DNA of 64,000 bases, taken from NCBI GenBank assembly GCA_001543015.1, contig LFLC01000057.1, positions 27,457-91,456 on the forward strand, in the 5' to 3' direction. The notes beneath the pieces are model-generated. The model was given only the letters and a program-made list of their open reading frames with translations. It did no database searches and was not told the origin of the DNA. Numbering within the stretch: position 1 is the stretch's first letter; every line of letters begins with the position of its first letter. This DNA is from Nitrosopumilus sp. LS_AOA (lineage in GTDB: Archaea; Thermoproteota; Nitrososphaeria; Nitrososphaerales; Nitrosopumilaceae). This document shows, in pieces, positions 28,281-37,804 of the stretch. Made by a program: the position numbers and the translations under genes.

Positions 28281-30377
28281 GTGACTGTTGCAGAACTGTT
28301 AGTGGGTAGTGTCATACTTCCAAGAACTGAGTCTCCAAAAGCAATATCGTCTCTAACCAAATTTGAATGGTTTCACAAAATGGAGATGGAAAATGAAACA
28401 GTTACTCCAGAAATTGATGATCTTCTTTTACGAGCCCAAAAATCATTTCAGTTTGTTGAAGATGTAGTTAAAGGATTGAATATTCCTATTCGAGTTGGAA
28501 TAATAGAAATTCTTTTCAAAGGTACTGTAATTAAAAGGAAGAATTATGAATTTGAAGAAATTGAGGGGTTGGTTAATGATCTCGAAAAAATTCCCGAGTC
28601 AATTACTAATGCTGCCAAAGCATTAGATGAAATTTCAAAGGTCAATCGTTCTCTTGAAGAATATACATCACTAAAAGAAACATTAGAAATTACAAATAAA
28701 CTCAAAGTTGACATGAGTGGTTTTGGAGCAATGAATTATTTTTATACAAATCTATTTGTCATAAATTCTTCAGATTATGGAGAAATTGAAAGATCATTAG
28801 AAGGAATTTCAATTTTCAAGTATGATTTAGAATCTAAAGAAAAATTAGCAATAATCATTATTGCCGACATTAATGATTCTGAGAAAATTCTTAAAATCAT
28901 GAGAACTCTAAATTCTAATCCATTTAACATTCCAAAAGATTTACCACAAATTCCAACTGAGGCATATTCTTTGGCAGTATCAAAGGTAAAGGAATTAACA
29001 GAAAAGAAGAAGAAACTTTCAAAAGAAATAGTTTCTATAACAAAGAAAATTCGTAGTCAAATTCTCATGATGCATGAAAATGCATATGTTGCAAAAGAAG
29101 TACTAGAAACTTTACGAAAACCAGGCGGTACCAAAAATTTTGCAGTTATTCAGGGATTTATTCCAAAAAAGATGGAAAAAAAATTCAAAGAAGTAACTAG
29201 TCAATGGACATCAATAACTGAAGAAGTTACAGATGATGCGGCTGAAAATATTCCAGTTTATTTAGATAATCCAAGATGGGTTAGAACTTTTGAAGTAATT
29301 ACTGATAGTCAAGGAATTCCTAAAAAGGGAGAATTTGATCCAACATGGATGATTGCCCTCATGTGGCCAATATTTTATGGATTGATGTTTGCAGATGTAG
29401 GTCACGGATTATTATTAATGGGATTAGGATTATTATTCAAATTCAAAGGACAAGGAAATCTTTCAAGATGGGGAATGCTACTTGCAATATCGGGTGGAGC
29501 AGGTGCGTTTGCTGGAATTTTCCAAGGTGAAATATTTGGTTTTCATTTAGAACATTTTATTGGATTTGAAATGTTGTTACATGAAGGTGGGCCACTTCAT
29601 TCAATATCATGGTTAGTTGGTTCAATCAGTATTTCAGAATTATCATTTGATCAAGTCATCATGATTCTCAAAATATCATTATTCTTAGGAGTTATTCATT
29701 TGTCATGGGCTTTCATTTTACGAATTTGGAATCATGTAAGAAGAAAGGAAAGAGATGCAGTGATCTTTGAAGCTATTCCAAACTTGCTCATGTGGTTAGG
29801 AGTTTTTGGTGTGATGATGGCAGCAATAGGTTCTGGATATGATGTAATGAACATGTATTCTAAAATTCATACAGAAGCTGTTCCATGGGTTTCAGTCCTT
29901 GTTGGGGAATGGGCAGTTGTATGGATAGTTGTTAGGGTTTCGATAGTTCTAATTCTTGTATGTGTTGTAATGATGATAATTGGTGGAATAAAACATAACA
30001 AAAAACATCCAGAGGATGGAGGAGATATGGTAAGTGTGATGATGGAAGTTTTACTTGGAAAAACTATCGAATGTCTGGCGCACTCTATCAGTTATGCGCG
30101 AATAGGAATTATGCTCCTAGTGCATGCAGCATTGTTACTTACAGTTAATCAGGCATATGAAAATTTGGGAGGTCTAAGTTCCCCAATGGCACTTGTATTA
30201 ATTATTGGAGGACAAATAGGAATCATGATGATTGAGGGATTGATTGTCTATATTCAGTCACTAAGACTTCACCTCTATGAATTCTTTACAAAATGGTATG
30301 AAGGAGGTTCTCAACCATTCAAACTACTTGTTCCAGAAATGGTTTACAATAATTATTCTGGGAAGAATAAAAAATAG
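28281..30377 (+). CDS. atpI: A-type ATP synthase subunit a (I)
   Basis: EFDPT, GLMFADVGHG, SYAR, LRLHLYEFF; likely GTG start at 28281 rather than 28197. Confidence 0.93.
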   Translation: MTVAELLVGSVILPRTESPKAISSLTKFEWFHKMEMENETVTPEIDDLLLRAQKSFQFVEDVVKGLNIPIRVGIIEILFKGTVIKRKNYEFEEIEGLVNDLEKIPESITNAAKALDEISKVNRSLEEYTSLKETLEITNKLKVDMSGFGAMNYFYTNLFVINSSDYGEIERSLEGISIFKYDLESKEKLAIIIIADINDSEKILKIMRTLNSNPFNIPKDLPQIPTEAYSLAVSKVKELTEKKKKLSKEIVSITKKIRSQILMMHENAYVAKEVLETLRKPGGTKNFAVIQGFIPKKMEKKFKEVTSQWTSITEEVTDDAAENIPVYLDNPRWVRTFEVITDSQGIPKKGEFDPTWMIALMWPIFYGLMFADVGHGLLLMGLGLLFKFKGQGNLSRWGMLLAISGGAGAFAGIFQGEIFGFHLEHFIGFEMLLHEGGPLHSISWLVGSISISELSFDQVIMILKISLFLGVIHLSWAFILRIWNHVRRKERDAVIFEAIPNLLMWLGVFGVMMAAIGSGYDVMNMYSKIHTEAVPWVSVLVGEWAVVWIVVRVSIVLILVCVVMMIIGGIKHNKKHPEDGGDMVSVMMEVLLGKTIECLAHSISYARIGIMLLVHAALLLTVNQAYENLGGLSSPMALVLIIGGQIGIMMIEGLIVYIQSLRLHLYEFFTKWYEGGSQPFKLLVPEMVYNNYSGKNKK

Positions 30378-30420
30378 TAAAATTCTTAACGATTAATACC
30401 AAGTAGAAATTAGAAATATT

Positions 30421-30507
30421 ATGTCAAAAGAATTTAGAGTTACTATCATTCCAGCATTAATTATGTTAGGGTTTGCAATTTTTGGAATTTCTGCAATTAG
30501 TCCATAA
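30421..30507 (+). CDS. Putative 28-aa single-TM microprotein
   Basis: MSKEFRVTIIPALIMLGFAIFGISAISP, 43 nt after the atpI stop. Confidence 0.4.
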   Translation: MSKEFRVTIIPALIMLGFAIFGISAISP

Positions 30508-30516
30508 TAGTTTTCG

Positions 30517-31308
30517 CTAATTTTCATAAAGATTTATTGTAACTTTTGTAATCCATGGTTTTAGTTCATCAGGAAAAATTACCAATAATCCGCTATCTTT
30601 TTGGATATTTTTACAGGTACCACTGTAGCTTTGTTTGTTTTGTCCATAACAACCGAGTTCAGTGTATGAATTAAACTCTGAATTTCCAAAGTTTTCACGT
30701 TGTATAGATGACGAAACAAAGTATACATCAAATCCTAAATCCTTGTTATCGGTTTTTATGCTATAATCATATGATGTTATTTCCTTAGATGTACAAATAG
30801 GGAAAAATTGTGCAAATCCATTTTTAATTTTTGATTGTTGTTTTGAATTATCATAATTTTTGTTTTCTATATTTGGATAAACAGAGATATCAGGATTTAT
30901 GCTGAGTTGTTTTCCTTGCACATATTCAATTTCATGACGAATAGTATCCACAGCTTTTCTGTAAATCATGGGTTGCCATTCTTCTTGACAGTCACTAAAT
31001 TCATGTTTTAATTCAACAAATGATTTGTCATTAATTTCTTGAAGTTGATTTGTATTGTATTCTTTAGATTCTGCATCAAATACAGGATTGATATTTTCAT
31101 CTTTATCTGATTTATACCAAGAGTTTGTTATATCAAAAATAATATTTTTTGAATCACTATCCCATTCGGATAATAAATGAACATACACGGTATACTTGTT
31201 TACTACTTGATTAGATTCTGATTCAAAAATCAAATGACCAAAAAAGGCATTTACAAATATTATAGAAAATGCAATTACTGGAAGAATCATATAAAAAATT
31301 GGCTTCAT
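30517..31308 (-). CDS. Hypothetical membrane-anchored/secreted protein
   Basis: Start moved to MKPIFY (31308), followed by a hydrophobic segment. Confidence 0.65.
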   Translation of the reverse strand: MKPIFYMILPVIAFSIIFVNAFFGHLIFESESNQVVNKYTVYVHLLSEWDSDSKNIIFDITNSWYKSDKDENINPVFDAESKEYNTNQLQEINDKSFVELKHEFSDCQEEWQPMIYRKAVDTIRHEIEYVQGKQLSINPDISVYPNIENKNYDNSKQQSKIKNGFAQFFPICTSKEITSYDYSIKTDNKDLGFDVYFVSSSIQRENFGNSEFNSYTELGCYGQNKQSYSGTCKNIQKDSGLLVIFPDELKPWITKVTINLYEN

Positions 31309-31437
31309 GTCATTCCTCCAAAATTTACAAATATTTGAAATTTGGCAATACAATAGATGAATTGATGAAATATCTTCAAAGTATAAGAAAAATTTAAAAT
31401 TAGAAAATGTTATCATCTAGAAAGTTTTCTTTATTTT

Positions 31438-31785
31438 ATGGAAATTCAACAAATAGTTGAAAAGATTTTGAAAGTAAGCCCATCTGTTAGAGTAGTCAGT
31501 GTGGTTGATCTCAAAGGAAAACTAATATTTTCTGAACGTTCTAAGAAAGTGAAAATATTGGTGTCAAAGAAACAAAGTTTGGCATCATTAAAAGCAGCGT
31601 CAAAGGATTGGAGCCAAAGAAAAAAATTAGTAAAGACACTAGGTTCATGCAAATATGTTGTTGCAGAATATGATAAGGTAAAAAGAATAATTATGCCTGC
31701 AGGAAGAAATCATATTTTGTATATTACTACAACTGCATCACTAGATCATAACAAAGTTGTTCGTAAAGTTCGTTCTTTTAGATAG
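31438..31785 (+). CDS. Roadblock/profilin-like thaumarchaeal small protein (DUF6659-like)
   Basis: VRVVSVVDLKGKLI...LGSCKYVVAEYDKVKRI pattern. Confidence 0.6.
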   Translation: MEIQQIVEKILKVSPSVRVVSVVDLKGKLIFSERSKKVKILVSKKQSLASLKAASKDWSQRKKLVKTLGSCKYVVAEYDKVKRIIMPAGRNHILYITTTASLDHNKVVRKVRSFR

Positions 31786-31886
31786 TCATAACAACTTTAT
31801 TTTTATTATTTTTTTTAAAATTCTAAAAATAAATAAAATTTTGTGTGAATACGAAATGTATTTTTTCTTTTTTGGATAGATGTGAA

Positions 31887-32144
31887 TTATTTTTTGAGTT
31901 GTCTCTTTCCAGTACCTCTTCCAGAACTGACCCACATACCTTTAGTTGATGGAGTAACAGTGGTTTTAATATCTCCAAATTTAATTTTTCCAGTTCCTCG
32001 TCCTGTAATGATGTACTTGTTTTCAAGTGCTTTTTTTCTTGCTTCTTGTGCTTTTTTGAACTCTTCTCCTTGCCATTTCTGAGCATTGTCATCAACTTCG
32101 ATAATTCGTGTACCTCTTCCAGATCGAACTTTTATTTTTGCCAT
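31887..32144 (-). CDS. Small basic protein with three GRGT motifs
   Basis: 85 aa, Lys/Arg-rich; TATA-like element upstream. Confidence 0.6.
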   Translation of the reverse strand: MAKIKVRSGRGTRIIEVDDNAQKWQGEEFKKAQEARKKALENKYIITGRGTGKIKFGDIKTTVTPSTKGMWVSSGRGTGKRQLKK

Positions 32145-32261
32145 AACACTCCATATAGTAAATTCTTACTAATAAGATTTGAATATGCTCCAAGTATCTA
32201 TCAAAGGAATTAACTGAGTTTTGAGGCTAAATTCTTTCTTTCAGAGAAAATACGAATGAAA

Positions 32262-32588
32262 TTAAACTAATTTTTTTAGAATACTAAACACTCTATCATG
32301 TTTTTCAGGAGTCACCCACAATCTTTTGTATATTTTAAAATCAGTTTCAAGAACAATTGCTTTTTTCTTTGTAGGTCTAGATGAATCATAATGAAACCAG
32401 TCTCTGAAATTACTAGTTCCTGAAACTCTTAATCGTCCTGATGATAATCCAATATTTCTTTCAGAGATTTTCTTGATGTGGGATATTTTTACGTCTTTTT
32501 TACCCCAGGGTAAAACCCAGGATTTGAATCGTATTTTATCATCAAAAATTTGGATGTATTTGTCATTATACAAAGGAGTTTTTGACAT
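32262..32588 (-). CDS. Hypothetical protein, possibly bacterial PH-domain-like
   Basis: 108-aa ORF with a beta-rich pattern (K.V.ISHIK.I...TPEK). Confidence 0.55.
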   Translation of the reverse strand: MSKTPLYNDKYIQIFDDKIRFKSWVLPWGKKDVKISHIKKISERNIGLSSGRLRVSGTSNFRDWFHYDSSRPTKKKAIVLETDFKIYKRLWVTPEKHDRVFSILKKLV

Positions 32589-32593
32589 GATTT

Positions 32594-33202
32594 CTAAGAT
32601 GAAAATCTATCAGTAAAAACAATATCAGATAATGGAAGTTGACCTCCACGAGGCATTGCAGGTTTGATTTGTTTTCCTATTGCCATCAACATAGAAATGA
32701 TATGATCATCAGGCAAATTAATTATCTCGGCAATTTTTTGAGGATCAAAACCAATCATAGGATTTGAATCATATCCCATAGATTTTGCGGTAAGCATTAT
32801 TGTTTGAGCAGCAATACCACAAGACCTCATTGCCTCGTCTCTTTGTAATTGATCTTTTCCTTCATAAAATGGTCCCATAGCAGGTACTAGAAAATCTTGA
32901 GCTTCCTTTGGTGCATTTTTCCAATATTGTTCAGGACTTTTTTTCCATGATTTCAAATCTGCACAAATTACTAGAAATAGTGAAGAGTCAGTTACTTGCG
33001 CCTGATCCCAAGCAGCAGAGCGTATTTTCTTTCTAATTTCAGGATCTTTGATAATTACAAATCTCCAGTTTTGCATGTTAAATGAAGTTGGAGATAAAAC
33101 TGCAAGTGACATTAATTGTTCTATTTCATCATCAGAGAATTTATGATTTGGATCATAGTGTTTTACTGAACGACGTTCTTTGATTGCATCAAAGGTATCC
33201 AT
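32594..33202 (-). CDS. Nitroreductase family protein
   Basis: RRSVKHY, SPTSFNMQNWRF, MIGFD; start likely MDTF. Confidence 0.92.
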   Translation of the reverse strand: MDTFDAIKERRSVKHYDPNHKFSDDEIEQLMSLAVLSPTSFNMQNWRFVIIKDPEIRKKIRSAAWDQAQVTDSSLFLVICADLKSWKKSPEQYWKNAPKEAQDFLVPAMGPFYEGKDQLQRDEAMRSCGIAAQTIMLTAKSMGYDSNPMIGFDPQKIAEIINLPDDHIISMLMAIGKQIKPAMPRGGQLPLSDIVFTDRFSS

Positions 33203-33228
33203 GAATGAGATCAAGTTAGAACTAATAT

Positions 33229-34005
33229 TTACTTTTCAACAGGAAGTTCTAGTCTATTTCCCCATTCTCCCCACGAACCAAGATAAACTCGAACATTTGA
33301 AAATCCCAATTTTTTCAAAACTAAAAATGTGTTAGCTGCCCTATATGCCCCTTGACAATAAGTAATAATTTCAGAGTCTTTTGGATAATCATACATTTGA
33401 GATAATTCATCATCATTTTTGAAGGTCCCATCTTTTGAGATATTTTGATTCCAATCAATATTGATTGAATTTGGGATATGTCCTGATTGGGCAGCACGAA
33501 TAATACTTCCATCATATTCCCCAGTAGAGCGAGCATCAAGAATTTTCACATTTTTCAGATTTTCATGAATATACTCAAATCCAGAAATAATATCTGGATT
33601 AATTTTTCCTGAAAATTTAGATGGTTTGAAACCATTAGGTTTTGTCTCAAGGGAATGATTTTCTTTTTGCCATTTTGAAATTCCTCCATCTAACATCAAG
33701 ACGTTTTGATGAGAGAAATACATCAGCATCCAAACTCCCCTTGCTGCAAGCATTCCAGAAACTGAATCATAAAAAATAACTTTTTTTTCTGGAGTTACTC
33801 CAAGAAACGAAAGAAGTGTTTTTGCTTGATTATTGAAATCCTCAATTCCTTGTTTTGTTGTATCATTCCAATGAAATGCAAATAGATCTAAATGAACTGC
33901 TCCTGGAATATGACCTTCTGAATATTCTTTGAAAGAACGAGTATCAGCAATTATGATGTTTGAATCATTTAGAATTGAATTTAATTCAGAAGTTGAGATT
34001 AACAT
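33229..34005 (-). CDS. Two-domain rhodanese/sulfurtransferase
   Basis: GHIPGA, LDGG, YCQGAYRA, YLGSWGEW. Confidence 0.93.
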   Translation of the reverse strand: MLISTSELNSILNDSNIIIADTRSFKEYSEGHIPGAVHLDLFAFHWNDTTKQGIEDFNNQAKTLLSFLGVTPEKKVIFYDSVSGMLAARGVWMLMYFSHQNVLMLDGGISKWQKENHSLETKPNGFKPSKFSGKINPDIISGFEYIHENLKNVKILDARSTGEYDGSIIRAAQSGHIPNSINIDWNQNISKDGTFKNDDELSQMYDYPKDSEIITYCQGAYRAANTFLVLKKLGFSNVRVYLGSWGEWGNRLELPVEK

Positions 34006-34075
34006 GATTTATCTAAATTGATCAAATCTAAATTGATTTGTATTAAAATAAAAAGAAGAAAAAAGGGTGTTTTTT

Positions 34076-35638
34076 CTATTCGTTAACGTATGCTCTTTCG
34101 CCATGCTGTGCCAAATCGAGACCAATCTCCTCTTCTTTAGGAGTGACTCTGATTCCGCCAGGCCATACGGCATCCATTACTTTGAGGATTACAAGGGTAA
34201 CACCAAAGGAATAACCTACTGATATTACAGCACCAATGATGCTGATTGCTTGCTGTTCCATTCCTTCTGCAGTTCCTGTCCATGCACCAATACCGTCTCC
34301 AGTATCCCATACATGTGGACTAGCTAATGTACCAGTCAAAATTGCACCTGTAAGACCACCCATTCCGTGTACTCCCCATACATCTAATGCGTCGTCCCAT
34401 TTACGTGCGTTCTTGAATGCTACTGCTGCATAACAAATTGTTCCAGCTGCAATACCAATTATAATCGAAGCCATTGGACCTACCCAACCTGAAGCTGGAG
34501 TGATTGCAACCAATCCTGCTACTGCACCTGATGCAGCACCAACAATACTTGGTTTGCCTGTATGAGCCCATGACATAAGGACCCATGTTATCACTGCCAT
34601 ACCAGTCGCGGTATTTGTGACAGTCCATGCACTTACGGTAATGCCGTCTACCATTACTTCACTTCCTGCGTTGAAACCAAACCATCCAAACCAGAGTATT
34701 GCTGCTCCCAGCACTACCATTGGGATATTGTGTGGCTCCATTGGCACTTTGCCATATCCAAGACGTCTGCCTAAGATTAGCGCTCCTGCCAACGCGGAGA
34801 ATCCTGAAGTAATGTGTACTACAGTACCACCAGCAAAGTCTAATGCGTACGATGGTGATAGATCTGGATCGAGGTCAATTGAACCTCCTCCTATGTATCC
34901 TCCTCCCCAAACCCAATGTGCTATTGGGTCATAAACGAAGGTTCCCCATATGAGTACGAATATCATCAATGCGCTGAATTTGACTCTGTCAATCAAACCA
35001 CCAATAATTAGAACTGGTGTAATGATTGCGAAGGTTCCCTGGAACATTGCAAATAGTTGGTGAGGTACTGTACCTGGCCAACCTTGACTACAATAGTCTC
35101 CGTCCTTCATCGCGTTCATTTGATAAGCATTAGACCATGTATCTGCACACGGACCTACCTCACCTAGAGGTGCCCATGCTGAGACTTGATTAAAGCCAAC
35201 ATAATCTAAATTACCCATGAACATATTTGCTTCTGAGTCAATTCCGCCGAATGCTAGTGAGTAACCCCATAGTACCCATTGTACTGACATTAGGCCCATA
35301 ACAATTAGGGTCATACCAAGTACGTTGACGATGTTCTTTGATCTGGCTAATCCGCCATAAAAGAAACCGACTCCGGGTGACATGAAGAGTACCATTGATG
35401 TTGCTGTTAGCATCCATGCCATATCTCCTGTGTCTACAAGACAAGGTAGCATGCCGCCTTCGCCATCATCGTACCAACATTCGTTAGGATTACCAGTGTA
35501 AATTCCACTGGTACCTGCGACGTATCCGTCCATACCATCATCAACGCTTTGTGCAAATGCTTGTGACATTGCACCAGCTGCTGTGATAGATACTGCGGCT
35601 ACAAGTAATAGAGCATACTTGTAGTTCCTAGAATTCAT
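34076..35638 (-). CDS. amt: Ammonium transporter
   Basis: FFYGGL, DFAGGTVVH, WFGWFGFNAGS, DDALDVWGVHG; N-terminal leader. Confidence 0.97.
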   Translation of the reverse strand: MNSRNYKYALLLVAAVSITAAGAMSQAFAQSVDDGMDGYVAGTSGIYTGNPNECWYDDGEGGMLPCLVDTGDMAWMLTATSMVLFMSPGVGFFYGGLARSKNIVNVLGMTLIVMGLMSVQWVLWGYSLAFGGIDSEANMFMGNLDYVGFNQVSAWAPLGEVGPCADTWSNAYQMNAMKDGDYCSQGWPGTVPHQLFAMFQGTFAIITPVLIIGGLIDRVKFSALMIFVLIWGTFVYDPIAHWVWGGGYIGGGSIDLDPDLSPSYALDFAGGTVVHITSGFSALAGALILGRRLGYGKVPMEPHNIPMVVLGAAILWFGWFGFNAGSEVMVDGITVSAWTVTNTATGMAVITWVLMSWAHTGKPSIVGAASGAVAGLVAITPASGWVGPMASIIIGIAAGTICYAAVAFKNARKWDDALDVWGVHGMGGLTGAILTGTLASPHVWDTGDGIGAWTGTAEGMEQQAISIIGAVISVGYSFGVTLVILKVMDAVWPGGIRVTPKEEEIGLDLAQHGERAYVNE

Positions 35639-35767
35639 TAAATTTATCGAAATTGAAAAGTATTAAAGCCTTGAGAATTCGAAATCATGAAAAAACTATA
35701 TAATTATATTTTAGTACATTCAGATAGTAACATAAAACATGAAAATTACATCAATGGTGAATGAATA

Positions 35768-36433
35768 ATGGTCAAATCAACTACAAAATTAGCAATTTTT
35801 GACACATTCAAAACTAAAGGTAATGATTTGACAGGAGAAGCAAATAGACAAAGATCAATTATTACAATTCTTGCTAGTAATGCCAATCCCGCTGAAAGAA
35901 CTAGAACTGGAATTTCTCAAAGAATGGCAAAAAAACAAGGTATTACTTGGAAGAATATCTATTCAGGAATATTTCGTGATCTTGATGAGATTTTACTTCC
36001 TATGGAAATCGCAGAGGAGGATGGAAGATTACCTCTCAAAAGAGGCCCAAAAGCACTTCAAGAAATTGGAATTCCTTTCTATCATTTGACAAAAAAAGGT
36101 CTTCTAATTGCACTATCAATTAGTGAAGTAAAAAATAGGGAAAATATTCTAAAAGAGTTTTTCTCAAAGTCAGAATCTACTGAAAAAGAATTTGAAGAAA
36201 TCCTAACTAGTCTTTTAGAGGCTAGTCCCAATTTCATATATTCAATTTTTCAAAAATATGTTAAAGCTTTTTGTGATAATAAAATTCAGGAATTGCTCCC
36301 TTTTGATCTCTCAAAATTAAAAGAAATTTCAGATGAATCATTAATTATTCAAAAAGAAGTGCTTTCCGCCTTTGTAAAACTATCAAAGCAAGAAAAAGAC
36401 AATGCCATTAAATTTTTAGATAAAATAACATAA
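35768..36433 (+). CDS. Putative winged-helix transcription regulator, divergent from amt
   Basis: RTGISQRMA..WKNIYSGIFRDL helix-turn-helix and YHLTKKG wing. Confidence 0.6.
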   Translation: MVKSTTKLAIFDTFKTKGNDLTGEANRQRSIITILASNANPAERTRTGISQRMAKKQGITWKNIYSGIFRDLDEILLPMEIAEEDGRLPLKRGPKALQEIGIPFYHLTKKGLLIALSISEVKNRENILKEFFSKSESTEKEFEEILTSLLEASPNFIYSIFQKYVKAFCDNKIQELLPFDLSKLKEISDESLIIQKEVLSAFVKLSKQEKDNAIKFLDKIT

Positions 36434-36493
36434 AATTCATTCCTAAAATAAACGCCAAACATTAAAATCAGTATTATTTTAAAATTAATCAAA

Positions 36494-37528
36494 ATGGGTG
36501 GTTCAAAAAATGTCTTTGCAGCAGTCAAATCATACAGTAAAAGAGGAAAATTACTAAAAAACGCTGATTTTCAAACCCTGGCAGAATCAAGAGATCTTGA
36601 TGAATTAATGACTAGGATAAAAAATACAACTTATGGAGAATCAATTTCTAATGTTCAAAAACCATATACATCTCTAGGTATTGAAAATGCTCTAAGAGGT
36701 CATCTAGCTGATGTGCATTATAGTATTTCAAAAACTGCTGGTGAATCAAAAATTTTAGATGCTTATTTTTCAAAATTCATAATTTCTAATTTAAAACAAA
36801 TTCTAAAAGGTAAAATTTTGAAAAAATCTCAAGAAGACATTGAAGCTCACATTAATTTTCGGGCTGAAGAATTAATTAAGCAAAGAGATGTAGTAGTTAA
36901 AGCACTTGTAGCAGAGGATTTGGAAGAAGCAGTTGCTAGTTTGAATCAAGCAGAATTTGGTGAGGAAATTGCTAAAGCTGCAGCATTGTATGAAGAGAAA
37001 AAAAATATTCAGATTTTTGATACGTATTTTGATAAAATTTTGTTTACACGTCTTGTAAAAGCACTCAAATCTGGAGGTCTTGATGCAGGTAAATTAATTG
37101 GAATGGATATTGATTTTTACAATATTCTAAGTGTAATTAGAGGAAAGTTTTGGGGAATTGATGATGAACAAATTCAAGATTTAATTATTGTTCAGTGTCC
37201 AGTTGCAAAAGATTTGCTTACAAGAATGATTTCAGCTAGTACAATAAAAGATGCATTTAGTGAGCTTTCAAATACAAAATATAAGAATTTGATTCCTCAG
37301 GTTGAAAATGAGTTAGATGCAATATCTGAATTTGAAAGAGCATTTGAATTATCAATTTATCAAGCATCATTAAACTCATTTACAAAAATGTTCAGTTTAG
37401 CAACAACAATAGGAATAATAAAATTAACTGCTTATGAGGTAAGGAATCTCGCAGCCATTGCTTATGCAGTTGAGCAAAAAATACCAACAGAAACTACAAT
37501 GTCAAAATTAATTTTAATGACAGAATAA
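36494..37528 (+). CDS. atpC: A-type ATP synthase subunit C
   Basis: GKLL..ADF..LAE, TTYG, DIDFYNILSVIRGK, YEVRNL. Confidence 0.9.
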   Translation: MGGSKNVFAAVKSYSKRGKLLKNADFQTLAESRDLDELMTRIKNTTYGESISNVQKPYTSLGIENALRGHLADVHYSISKTAGESKILDAYFSKFIISNLKQILKGKILKKSQEDIEAHINFRAEELIKQRDVVVKALVAEDLEEAVASLNQAEFGEEIAKAAALYEEKKNIQIFDTYFDKILFTRLVKALKSGGLDAGKLIGMDIDFYNILSVIRGKFWGIDDEQIQDLIIVQCPVAKDLLTRMISASTIKDAFSELSNTKYKNLIPQVENELDAISEFERAFELSIYQASLNSFTKMFSLATTIGIIKLTAYEVRNLAAIAYAVEQKIPTETTMSKLILMTE

Positions 37529-37541
37529 TCTGGTTTGTAAT

Positions 37542-37772
37542 ATGAGTGAATCTCCACCTAAAAAAAAAGGTGTACCAATTGACGTTTTCACAAACAAGGT
37601 TACAATTTGTATGGCCCTACTTTTTGCCCTACCATCGCTAGGGATATTTTTAGGAATCTACTACATAGTTGGAAATTTACTTGTTGGAGCAGCACTTGGA
37701 TTCATAGTTCATTTTCTAATTCTTGCATTTTCAGGTAGAATTTCCAAGCGACTAGATGAAATTATGAATTAA
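37542..37772 (+). CDS. Small two-TM membrane protein
   Basis: 76 aa with two hydrophobic helices; 13 nt after atpC. Confidence 0.65.
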   Translation: MSESPPKKKGVPIDVFTNKVTICMALLFALPSLGIFLGIYYIVGNLLVGAALGFIVHFLILAFSGRISKRLDEIMN

Positions 37773-37804
37773 CCTATATTGATCCATTTTCAAGATGTAA
37801 TATC

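Noticed and set aside
31823..32095. Alternative-frame 90-aa ORF overlapping the GRGT protein
   Set aside because: Same-strand overlap running into an A/T-tract region; the 85-aa frame has the upstream TATA-like element and internal repeats
34076..35638. Higher GC in amt as a sign of horizontal transfer
   Set aside because: The shift is confined to the CDS and favours TAC/AAC/TTC-type codons, consistent with high-expression bias
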